Source: Octopus sinensis | Lineage: Eukaryota | Direction: 5' to 3' | Length of the DNA stretch: 64,000 nucleotides | NCBI RefSeq assembly: GCF_006345805.1 | Contig: NC_042997.1 | Location: forward strand, 172,732,001 to 172,796,000 | The notes under the pieces: model-generated | The model's input: only the letters and a program-made list of their open reading frames with translations | What the model was told of the DNA's origin: nothing | Databases searched by the model: none | Shown: positions 53,246-64,000 of the stretch, in pieces | How the letters are laid out: the number at the start of each line of letters is the position of its first letter | How positions within the stretch are numbered: position 1 is the first letter of the stretch | Position numbers and translations under genes: made by a program

Positions 53246-53925
53246 CACCAATTCAATCTCCTCTATGTTATTTTGTTGTGTTGTCCCATCAAATATTAAA
53301 CTTGGTTAATTTCATCCTACTCCTCTCCTTGTTTCTGTTGCATCAACACACCTAAAACACCATACTAAGCATACCGAGGCCTAACTCATCGTAAAGTCAA
53401 TACCACCATGGCCGATATCCAAACTACAGTGGAGAAGGCTAGCCACTAGATTTGGTTAAAAAGAGACGATGAGTGATGGCTAGAAGAATATTGAGCTTTA
53501 CTTGATAACCAGCTGATCTAGCAAGCGGGGCCTCATATCAGTGAGGGGGGATCCGGTGCACATTGATGCCGTTGAAAGGTAGGCCCTGAAATGGCACGCA
53601 TTCTCTCCTGATGACTCCATACACTTGCTGGCTTCTGGTATGCAGCGGTTTTGACTGGTAGCACTTGCATGTGCAAGTTGTTTGCAAGACATCAGAAGCT
53701 TTAATCTGTTGAATTGTTCCATATGGAACTTCAGCATGCTCCATGTTTTCCCAATAGACATATGTATAGGCGTGGCAGTGTGGTTAAGAAATTTGCTTCC
53801 TAAGCACATGGGTTCAGGTTCAATCTCACTGTGTGGCACCTTTAGTAAGCATCTTTGAGTACAGCCCCAGGACAATCAAAGCTCTGTGAGTAGATTTGGA
53901 TGGTGGAATCAGAAAGAAGCCCGTT

Positions 53926-53966
<41 letters not shown>

Positions 53967-53972
53967 AACACA

Positions 53973-54006
<34 letters not shown>

Positions 54007-54429
54007 TGCATGACTTTGCTTGGTATGATGCTCCAATAGCTGGGATATCCAAGGAACAGTTGTCAGAGACTATCTTCACTATTTTGTCCCATTTTTACCA
54101 TTCATCATGTAGCAAAATTATTTAGATTGAATTAAATGAAATTAAATGTCTTTGTCCTGCATTGCCTAATTGTTTGTCTTCCCTCACTACTTTAACCTAT
54201 ACCTACTGACTCAAAGGGATGTCACCCCTAGCTGTTTTTAAACAAGATAATCACACAACCACAACTTCAACAACTGCTCTTACTGAAATTTTGGTGACAC
54301 ACCTATTTGACCACTCAGAACGCATACCTGTTAGTTCAAGTCATCCTGATGAAAACTCCTCATATACCCCCCCCTCTCTCTCTCTCTCTCCCTATATATA
54401 TATATATATACAATATATATATATATATA

Positions 54430-54670
54430 TACAAAATTAAAAGGAATGACCACTAAAGTGGACACCCTATATGCTAAACATAGATGTCAAATCACCATTA
54501 CCACGAAGAATGTGTAATGGCGATTTGGCATCTATGTTTACCATATAGGGCGTCCACTTTAGTGGTCATTCCTCTTAATTTTGCATGTAACACAATTTTT
54601 AATCTTTCGATTTTTAAATATGCTAAGCCACTGGTTTTAATTGATTAACATCAATTTCTCCCCTTATTAT
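54430..54670. mobile_element. Repeat (family of 18661-18830) with inverted partial copy
   Basis: Arms about 54430-54501 and 54514-54585; right arm continues as the reverse complement of 18661-18750. Confidence 0.75.
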
Positions 54671-54706
54671 TTAATTTTATATATATGTGTGTGTGTGTGT
54701 GTGTGA

Positions 54707-54746
<40 letters not shown>

Positions 54747-55038
54747 GAGTCAAAATTACCCTTAACCATGGACAAAGCACTTGTCTATTGACTGACAAGG
54801 GAGATAACCTTCCTACAGCAAGCTAGAGCATCAGATCATCAATGATTTTGGATTGAATCAATCCTCATCAATGACACTTACTCCGTAGCCTAGGGTTAAG
54901 CTGAATTCACCTTGTCAGTTTGTAAAAAATACCATAGGAATCAGTGGCTGATTCATTTTTACTTTACCAATTTACACTTTACAATTTTACTCTCCCACCC
55001 TACCTCTCTCTCTCTCTTATTATATATATATATATATA

Positions 55039-55249
55039 TAACGGGAAGCTTTATGAAAATAAACAAAAGACGAAGGCAGGTGGAAAACAAACGAACAATT
55101 GTATTAGTATGGCGCTCAGGAAATATAAATAAAACAAGTCTTTAACGTTTCGAGCCTACGCTCTTCAACAGAAAGATACACAGAGAGAGAAAAACACAGA
55201 AAGAAGGAGAGAAAAAAAATGCGTGCAGTAGCTAACGAATCAACATGGC

Positions 55250-55250
<1 letters not shown>
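55039..55250 (-). mobile_element. Penelope-like terminal repeat within (TA)n
   Basis: Near-identical to 40271-40480; CpGs intact. Confidence 0.7.
55139..55176 (-). ncRNA. Minimal hammerhead-like motif with CUGUUGA core
   Basis: Minus strand TCTTT-CTGTTGA-A-GAGC-GTAG-GCTC-GAAACGTT-AAAGA: 5-bp stem I, 4-bp stem II, palindromic AACGTT. Confidence 0.6.
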
Positions 55251-55306
<56 letters not shown>

Positions 55307-55649
55307 AGCAAAAAAGAACTGAAGTAAAAAGAGGTAATGCATCATTAACTTCAGATGATTAGTGCTACTTTAGCCATGGAACACTTTTTCCAATCGGTAA
55401 GCCTAAATTTATAAGCATATGTACACCATGTATACAGCACACGCACAAACATACACACAAACATACACATACACACACATACACACTCTGTTTCTCTCTC
55501 TCTCTCTCTCTTTCTCTCTTACATACATACACACATGAATATATCTATCTATCTATCTAGTAACAGAAAGAGAGAGAAAGAGAATGGGGTGGTGAGAGAG
55601 ATATGCTGATATATATATATGTGTGCATATATGGAAGTAGAAATCATGT

Positions 55650-56135
55650 GGTGAATTAAACATGCCTACAGTCTTCAGAAAATATGATGTAAAAGGGGAC
55701 ATTAAAGATCTTTACTCCCTTGTTAATCAACTTTATGGTCCTTGCTGAATTTCCTGTGCAACCTTTATGGTTATGGATGGTAAAATACTTATTAAAGATT
55801 CAAATACGATCCTTCAATACTGGTCAGAATATTTTAGTGATTAGCTAATTTTTTTATCAAGTATTGATTGATCCTTTTTAGAAGTCATTCAGCAAATCCC
55901 AATAAAACCCCTTTTTTATGGTTCACCTACTTTCAATGAAGTATGAGATGTTTTGCAGAGACTTAAACATGGAAAACCCACTGGCATTGACTGTATTGCT
56001 TGAAGTGTTGAAATTTGGGGGAGAAATAAGATGTTGGATCTTCTTCGTAATCTTTTATATAATATGGGAAAATTGGTGGAATTTCTCAAGATAGAAGAGA
56101 TGTATCGTTATGAATGTAGAAAGGAAAATGTGTGG

Positions 56136-56181
<46 letters not shown>

Positions 56182-57720
56182 GTAATTCTTGAAGCATTTC
56201 TCTCCTTAGTGTAATAGAGATAACACTGAGAAGAATTATTTTTGATAGGCTCATTAAACATGGTTTGATATGTCATCATTCCAAGTCACAAACAGGTTTT
56301 CATGTTAGACAAGGAACAAATGATGTATTTCCATCTTGTCAACTACACAGGAAATGCATTGAGTAGAAACTTAACCTCTATCATTGCTTCACTGACCTCA
56401 TTAAGGCCTTTGATTCAGTGAACTATGACGTGTTATGGACAATTTTCAGACAAGCTGCTTGTTTTGATGAATTAACAAATATTACCAAGTCCTTTCATAA
56501 TGATATGGGAGCATGTTGTGTAATTAGCAAAGGATGCTCAGACCCTTTTTAAATCAGTAGCAATGGAAAACAAGGTGATGTAATGCCCTTGCTTTATTTG
56601 CCATATACTTTATAACAATGGCTTTGTTTTTCTTTTTTCTTCTTTTAATTTTGTATTTGGTTTACAAGATTCTTGATATGAACTTGTGTGTTGCAACCAA
56701 TTCCAAACTTTCAAAGATTATACTGAGGGTATTTGAATATGTAAGGTGGCGAGCTGGCAGAAATGTTAGCGTGCCAGATGAAATGCTTCGCGGTATTTTG
56801 TCTGCCACTACGTTCTGAGTTCAAATTCTGCCAAGGTCGACTTTGCCTTTCATCTTTTCGGGGTCGATTAAATAAGTACCAGTTACGCACTGGAGTCGAT
56901 GTAATCGACTTAATCCGTTTGTCTGTCCTTGTTTGTCCTCTCTGTGTTTAGCCCCTTGCAGGTATTAAAGAAATAGGTATTTGAATATGTCCATACTTAT
57001 ATATACACAATTAGTAAGTTACTCAACCTCAAATAGTTAAATGCTCAATCACAGTTTTTTTTTATTATTGAAGACTAATATAGCACACAAAATGATGTTC
57101 AAACTTTTATGTATAAACTTTCATTGACATGTAAAAATAAATCTTGATAAAGCCATTATTCTTTATCAGCCCTGCTCTGGGAAACCTCCTGGGGACCCAA
57201 AATAATTGTGAAAAACACATCTTTCTTTAAATTTCTTAGCAATATTTTGAACAGAGATGGTAACCTTGGTGACAAAATTACAAATAGAATTCAGAAGTCA
57301 TGGATATCTTTTAGAAAATTAAAATCTTCTAAAAGGTCTCAATTAAAATCTTCTCAAAGGTCTCAATTAAAATATCTACTTTTAAAACATGCACTTTGTG
57401 TATTTTTTTGTATGGCTAGGAAACATAGACATTATATTAAAAATATATTAAACAGTTAAGATATTTTCAGTGAAAGTATATATCTTGGGGAGACTAGATG
57501 AGTGATGATGATGTAAGTTTGGAGATTTTGGTGTAAGAATACAAGCTCTCTTGCAATGTAGTGGAAGAGGTGGGTAAGTCATATAGCTTGTAGGAAAGAG
57601 GAAATATTATCAAAGCATGTATTGTAATGTTGTTTATAAACACAGTACATCTCATAAGAGATATTACACTGACATTTAACTTCTGCTGCTTGTCTGCAGA
57701 TTTCCAGGCAGTGCTTATGT
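55650..57720 (+). pseudogene. Old RTE LINE remnant interrupted by (CA)n and a family D SINE
   Basis: PTFNEV*DVLQRLKHGKPTGID; PKSQTGFHVRQGT; CFTDLIKAFDSVN; FLSNILNRDGNLGDKITNRIQKS. Confidence 0.85.
56745..56980 (+). mobile_element. SINE family D (Deu/Nin-like)
   Basis: GTCGACTTTGCCTTTCATCTTTTCGGGGTCGATTAAATAAGTACCAG; flanked by GGTATTTGAATATGT on both sides (TSD, about 56728 and 56977). Confidence 0.85.
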
Positions 57721-58479
57721 TTTTAAAACTTTTGACACCACTGGATTGAATGGTATTGTTCAGGTGTCAAAATCATAGTGATATTCATTAGGCCACTGAT
57801 GATGGGAATGTATGTTTGATATGCTTGTTTTTGAAGTTTCTAAATTCATATGATGTAGAAAATAAACAATTCTTACTGGTAAGAACAAAGCTTCTAAAAT
57901 GGATAGAGAAATGCAAAGAATTGCTTTGGTACAGTGGTAGAGCATCTATCATATTTACAGAAGATATGGGTTTGAGTCCTATGGACAATCTTTAACCTTT
58001 TTCCATCCAAGGAGTTTTTAATGAGAAATATCTACAGTTATTTATAGTTTTGTAATTTGAGTTCTACTGTTAAAATCTGTGTGTGTGTGTGTGTGTGCGC
58101 GCACGTGCATGCACATTGATGTGTGTTATACAGTAGTTGTAATTATATTACTGATCTGTGACTAAGTTTCATGTCTATAGCAATTACTTCAGATAGAGAA
58201 ATCATCAGATGGATTTGAAAACAGAGCTCATATAGGTTATGGGAAAGGGCTGCATGTGTATTTAAGGAAGTATAAAATTTTTAGCTTCCATGAGGACAAT
58301 TAGCAATAATTTAATTTTTTCAATTTGTCAATGTTGAATGGAGTATAAATTGCTATCACCTATTTTCACATATATGTGTATGCATGTATATATGTGTGTG
58401 TGTGTGTGTATGTATGTGTGTGTGTGTGTGTGTGTGTTGTGTGTGTGTGTGTCTTTGTGTTCATGTTACATGACATCAT

Positions 58480-59050
58480 GGCAAATTTCCTTTAATTGGA
58501 TGGTCTTGTGTTTTTTCCAGTTCTCTAAAAGGAATGCTCTGAAATGTCTGTCTTGGTCGAAAATCTTGGATCTGACATTTAAACAGTCTTTTTGTCGTTT
58601 GAGTTTTTTCGGCCGATTTTTTTTTTATCTGAATTACATAAGTTGCAAGTTCTTGTTCCATTTATGCAAGGGTTGTATTGGTCAAGACTTTTCCAATGGA
58701 TGTCCAATTTAATTTTGCAGTCTTTCAATTTCCAAATATAGTTGTATAGTCCTGCATATTTCCAAGTGAAAAAATGTGATTACAATAATAATTTTTGAAT
58801 TTACCTTTCACCATTCTGACCCAATGCTTATTCATATCTAGGTTTTGTTTTGTGGTGATGACCTTTCTCTCGTAAATAATTACTTAAACATTGCAGCACC
58901 AATTGAAAGGGCAGGAATCTTTTTGTTTCTGCAAGTGAATTATGCAATGTTGGTTTGGCGAGATTTCTTGTCATATTGTTTTCCTCTTCGATGTACAACT
59001 TTTATGTAGTTTCAAATTGTTTTTATTAAATGAATTTCTATAACTGCAGC
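58480..59050 (-). pseudogene. Penelope-like GIY-YIG endonuclease remnant
   Basis: CRNK..SCPFN..C..*VIIYE and YIWKLKDCKIKLDIHWKSLDQYNPCINGTRTCNLCNS. Confidence 0.78.
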
Positions 59051-59107
59051 CTATTAATGATGCCTCAGAAATGTCTAGCTAAAGGCGGCAAGCTGGCACA
59101 AATGTTA

Positions 59108-59505
59108 GCTGACCAGAAAGCTGCACCTGGCTCCAATCTGATCTGGCAGAGTTTCTACAGTTGAGTGTTCTTCCTAATGCCAACCACTCCAAGAGTGGAG
59201 TGGGTGTTTTTACCTGCCATTGGCACGAGGGCCAGTCAGGCGGTACTGGCAACGGCCATGCTCAAATGGTGTTTTTTACGTGCCACCTGCACAGGAGCCA
59301 CAACCATGCTCGAATGTTGTTTTTCATCTGCCACCGGCACATGTACTGGCAAGGTGGTGCTGGTAATGATCACACTTGAATGGTGCTTTTTATGTGCCAT
59401 CAGCACAGGAGTCAACCGCAACTCTGGCAAAGATCATGCTCAAATGTGCTTTTAATGTACCATTGGCACTAGTGCCAATCTGGCAGTACTGTCATCAGCC
59501 ATATC
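59108..59505 (-). mobile_element. Family B element with about 5 diverged modules
   Basis: Repeated GGTG(C/T)TTTTTA(C/T)GTGCCA motifs. Confidence 0.75.
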
Positions 59506-59640
59506 AGTGATTTTGATTATATATATATATATATTATATTTCATCATATGTAAACAAACATGACTTTGTTTTTGAAGCACTGAAATGTATTGTAGAACAA
59601 GTAGGAAGATATATTTTTCAACGTGTAAACACTGAACTGT

Positions 59641-59709
59641 ATATATAGGATAGAATCCTTTAAGAGCAGTAAATTTGTCAGCAATTTTTCTGCTCTTAAA
59701 GGATTTTAT

Positions 59710-59718
<9 letters not shown>
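59641..59718. repeat. Short inverted repeat (29-bp stem), pre-miRNA- or mini-MITE-sized
   Basis: 59641-59669 pairs with 59690-59718, one G-U. Confidence 0.9.
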
Positions 59719-59742
<24 letters not shown>

Positions 59743-60663
59743 TGTTTAGTATTTATGCATTGAAAAATACATCTTTCTACTTGTTCTATTATATATATAT
59801 TCTGTAGATATATAAGCTAGGTGAATTTACCTATTTCTTCTTAGACTGAAAAAAAACAAACATTCTTAATTGATTTTCAAACCTTATTAGGTTCTTGTCT
59901 GATGTGTCTACATTAATTTAACCAATCCCAGAGACATAAGCAGCCAATCTGTTTATATACTCAGCAAATCCAGTTGCCACAGAGAATTGGAGTTACTAAT
60001 TTGCATACTCTAAGTGTTTAACACTTTGTTTAATCTGAGCAGAAGGGGCAAAGTTGAAAGGTTGGATTAAGTAATTCTTAGAAAGTAAAAACTTAATAAA
60101 AATAATGTAAATAATGATAAGTTTAAATTCAAGGAGAATGTGCGACTGCAAGGAGGGAACAATCACAAGAAGGCCATGGCTGTAACTGCTCCCTCTGCAA
60201 ATAAAACTAATCAGGTTTAACACCCGCTTCTCTAGCAACAACAACAACAACAACAACAATCACAGCAGCTGAAGCAAGTACTGATTACATTCCCAAAATT
60301 ACAGCATTATTTGTGCAGCTGTACCTGTGGTAAATAGTGGACAAATAGCCAATTATATTGAACTTCAATTATAACAGTCAAATTTCTAGATGAAGATTGG
60401 AATAATGCCAAGTGATGATGGTAAACAAAATTTTCTGTCATGGAATATTGATGTGACATCATATGAATATTTTAATGGTTAGAAATCTATTTCCTGTTGC
60501 AGTTTAGCAGAAGAATTTTAAATATAACATCTTAGTCTTGTTGGAGATGTGGTAACTTTCTCTGGTGCCAAAGAACGAACAGAGACAATGTAGTGTAGAG
60601 AAGAGTCTTTAATTTTGTCATGTAGATTACATTTGTAGCACTAGTGCCATGATAAAATGCCAC

Positions 60664-61089
60664 CAGTGCTGGATTAACCATTGAGCAAAATAAGCATGTG
60701 CTTAGGGTATCAAGGGAAAGAGGAGGCACCACAGAAATTGTAAATGGTTTACTGCACAAAAGAAATCCCTTTAAACTTGCTAAAATAATATTTGGGATGC
60801 CTTTATCTCTATTAATTATAGATGCAGATGTGTTACCTAAGATTAATTTTGAGGATCTGATCAAAGACTTTGCAATTCAAAAAAGTAGGAGGAAACTTTT
60901 CAAATATAAATAAAGTGGAAGTATACAAAAATAGACATTATTTTCCCTCTTACTGTTTTGTTTCATTTTGAAAAAGAAAAATTTATTTTATGGTATGTTA
61001 TTGTTTATATTTTGAATTATGTGACCTTTTATGGGGGCACCAAAATCTTTTAAGTGCTTAGGGCTTTGATGGGTCTTAATCCAGCCCTG
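60664..61089. mobile_element. hAT-type MITE
   Basis: TIRs CAGTGCTGGATTAA / TTAATCCAGCCCTG; no clear 8-bp TSD. Confidence 0.65.
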
Positions 61090-61329
61090 CTCCAGCATGC
61101 TCTGTAAAGTGGTTGGTGATAGAAAAGGCATCTACCTGTAGCAACTATACTAAAAAGAGAATGAGCAAGGACAAGTGAGATGTGATCTCTGATCTATCAA
61201 AGACAGCAGTTACTCCAAATGAGAACTGATACTAACTGTGACAAACTTCCCAACCTATGCCAGCATATCAAAGTGGCATAAAATGATGATGATGATGATG
61301 ATGATGAAAGCGGAGTATTTAATTCCACA

Positions 61330-61745
61330 TACTCTTTGTCTTTTACTCTTTTACTTGTTTCAGTTACTTGACTGTGGCCATGCTGGAGCACCGCCTTTAG
61401 TCGAGCAAATCGACTCCAGGACTTATTCTTTGTTAGCCTAGTATTTATCATATCAGTCTCTTTTGCTGAACCACTAAGTTATGGGGACGCAAACACACCA
61501 GCATCAGTTGTCAAGTGATGTTGGTGGTGGGGGGGGGGACAAACACAGACACACAAACATATGCACACACACACACATATATATATATGACAGGCTTCTT
61601 TCAGTTTCCGTCTACCAAATCCACTCACAAGGCTTTGGTCAGCCCGACGCTATAATAGAAGACACTTGCCCAAGGTGCCGCACAGTGGGACTGAACCCGG
61701 AACCATGTGGCTGGTAAGCAAGCTACTTACCAAACAGCCACTACA
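61330..61745 (-). mobile_element. SINE family A, near full length
   Basis: Colinear with 35963-36399. Confidence 0.9.
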
Positions 61746-62377
61746 TGGTGAATTTTGTTCGAAGTTGGTCATTAGAATTGTTGCTTTTCATATTGGCAAG
61801 GCACAATATTTCTTACTAACAGAGTCTAATATATAGTAAGAGAAAGGAAATTGGGAAGCTGCTGCATTAATGTCTAATCAGTGTGTTTACATTTAACATG
61901 AATATTTGAGTGGTTAAGAAGTTTGCTTCATAAACACGAGGCTCGATTTGGATTTAATGCCACAAAGCAAAACCTTTGAAAAGCATCTTCTTGTGTGTAT
62001 TGAAGATTGTGTAATTGAAATTTGTTAGACATAAACTTGTATGGGAGACTGTCAAATGGACTGAATTTGTAATTCAAAGACCCTAATCTTGTCGCAAATG
62101 TTGAGTTTATCAGAAGGTTATATTGAATGTACAAGTGTTTGTTGGGTATATGGTCACTTAACACTAAAAATCAATGAATGTGTAGTTCCAGTGTTTGAAC
62201 AAGTGGAACCTTCATTTGTTGGGAATAATGTAAAATTTACTTACATAGTGTGAATTGGCCTCAATTGCAAATTATGGCTTTATAACAGATTCAAAACTGA
62301 ATTCAGGTTAAACTCACTTCGTTAAAGCTACAGCCCCAACAAATCACATAACTACACCAACTAAAAAGTAGCTTTTT

Positions 62378-62398
62378 AATAATAATAATATAATAATA

Positions 62399-62433
<35 letters not shown>

Positions 62434-62448
62434 TAATAATATATAATA

Positions 62449-62507
<59 letters not shown>

Positions 62508-63321
62508 GCCCTGATGCAGTACTCTCATGGCTCCTGATCTTAACTGATTGGAAGTGTTATCATGTACATTGTTTTGTCTTGGTATAAAAGATGGGCCGCA
62601 GCAAATATTCTGCCCAATACCACAAATTTGCTTGTCAGTTGTTTGATTTTAACCAGTTGAGCATGCCCCTTAGTGGCTGATGATATGTGCCACTCTGATC
62701 ATGAGAAGAAGCAGTGGGGGAGCATCATAGCCGTGTGTTGAAAGGAATTCTTAGAGGTTTTGGATAATTCACCTTTGGAAACATAGGTGGTTTGTTCAAC
62801 ATCCTTAAACAATCCTTATTCAGGGACCTTTTGAGTGGGATGGGCTACTCGACCAGAAGAAAATTCTAACTGGGGCCCACCTGCAAGGTCATGTGCTGTT
62901 TATCTTGATATGAGATCACCATGTCGCGCACATATGGTTGTGATGCATGTGCCTAGTGTACCCTTATGAGAGAGGTAGTCATGATGGGTATACTGGGCTT
63001 TATATATTTTACCCCAGTGTCACTTTGTTGGCATGCGCTGCTCTCTCATTCAATAATAATAATAAACCTTTCTACTATAGGCACAAGGTTTGAAATACGT
63101 GGGAGGGGACTAGTTGACTATGTAGACTCCACTGTTTCGCTGGTACATAATTTATCGACTCTGAAAGGATGAAGGGCAAAGTTGACCTTGGCAGAATGTG
63201 AACTTAGAAGATCTTTAAGACGGATGAAAGGCTGTTAAGCATTTTGTCTGGTGTGCTAACAATTCTGCCAACTTGCAACCTTACATAATAATAATAATAA
63301 TAATAAATAATAATAATAATA

Positions 63322-63398
<77 letters not shown>

Positions 63399-64000
63399 TA
63401 ATAATAATAATAATAATAATAATAAATGCCCTGATGCAGTACTCTCATGGCTCCTGATCTTAACTGATTGGAAGTGTTATCATGTACATTGTTTTGTCTT
63501 GGTATAAAAGATGGGCCGCAGCAAATATTCTGCCCAATACCACAAATTTGCTTGTCAGTTGTTTGATTTTAACCAGTTGAGCATGCCCCTTAGTGGCTGA
63601 TGATATGTGCCACTCTGATCATGAGAAGAAGCAGTGGGGGAGCATCATAGCCGTGTGTTGAAAGGAATTCTTAGAGGTTTTGGATAATTCACCTTTGGAA
63701 ACATAGGTGGTTTGTTCAACATCCTTAAACAATCCTTATTCAGGGACCTTTTGAGTGGGATGGGCTACTCGACCAGAAGAAAATTCTAACTGGGGCCCAC
63801 CTGCAAGGTCATGTGCTGTTTATCTTGATATGAGATCACCATGTCGCGCACATATGGTTGTGATGCATGTGCCTAGTGTACCCTTATGAGAGAGGTAGTC
63901 ATGATGGGTATACTGGGCTTTATATATTTTACCCCAGTGTCACTTTGTTGGCATGCGCTGCTCTCTCATTCAATAATAATAATAAACCTTTCTACTATAG
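62378..64000. repeat. Direct duplication, period 920 bp: (TAA)n + interspersed repeat
   Basis: 62504-63080 and 63424-64000 appear identical by eye. Confidence 0.92.
63075..63285 (-). mobile_element. SINE family D
   Basis: GGATGAAGGGCAAAGTTGACCTTGGCAGAAT, reverse complement of the Deu/Nin-like block. Confidence 0.75.

Noticed and set aside
57922-57985. tRNA-like A/B boxes
   Set aside because: No cloverleaf pairing; at most a decayed SINE head, so no tRNA gene called
60133-60213. 81-nt open frame ENVRLQGGNNHKKAM...
   Set aside because: Weak splice sites, no recognisable protein
60560-60655. Resemblance to miR-375 or miR-96 seeds
   Set aside because: Only seed-length matches, no precursor hairpin
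62180-62260. INEC / PVFEQ peptides (EGF- or cadherin-like)
   Set aside because: Isolated short motifs in a short frame; chance

Overview
AT-rich, microsatellite-saturated eukaryotic genomic DNA. The repeat landscape suggests a coleoid cephalopod, most likely Octopus; this is inferred from recalled SINE families and was not verified by a search. I found no host protein-coding gene I can identify. Nearly all ORFs in the supplied track are translated microsatellites, and the recognisable peptides are transposon fossils: three RTE-type LINE remnants, two DD37D (maT-like) Tc1/mariner remnants, a Tigger/pogo transposase, Penelope-like remnants, an RLE-type LINE fragment and CR1-like 3' ends. At least five recurring SINE-like families are present (my labels A-E), often nested in each other's (TA)n/(CA)n tracts. 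The most notable signals are RNA-structural: (i) minimal hammerhead-ribozyme motifs in Penelope-like terminal repeats, one canonical (10329-10375, +) and one family with a non-canonical CUGUUGA core (55139-55176 and 40370-40406, -); (ii) several long, near-perfect inverted repeats (18506-18621, 33895-34454, 36759-36984, 54430-54585, 59641-59718); (iii) a SINE whose internal module has expanded to 7 x ~129 bp; (iv) an 82-bp direct repeat flanking a nested insertion; and (v) a 920-bp-period duplication at the window end. Two weak minus-strand exon candidates are flagged. Repeat boundaries are read by eye and are approximate (about +/-20 bp) unless stated as exact.
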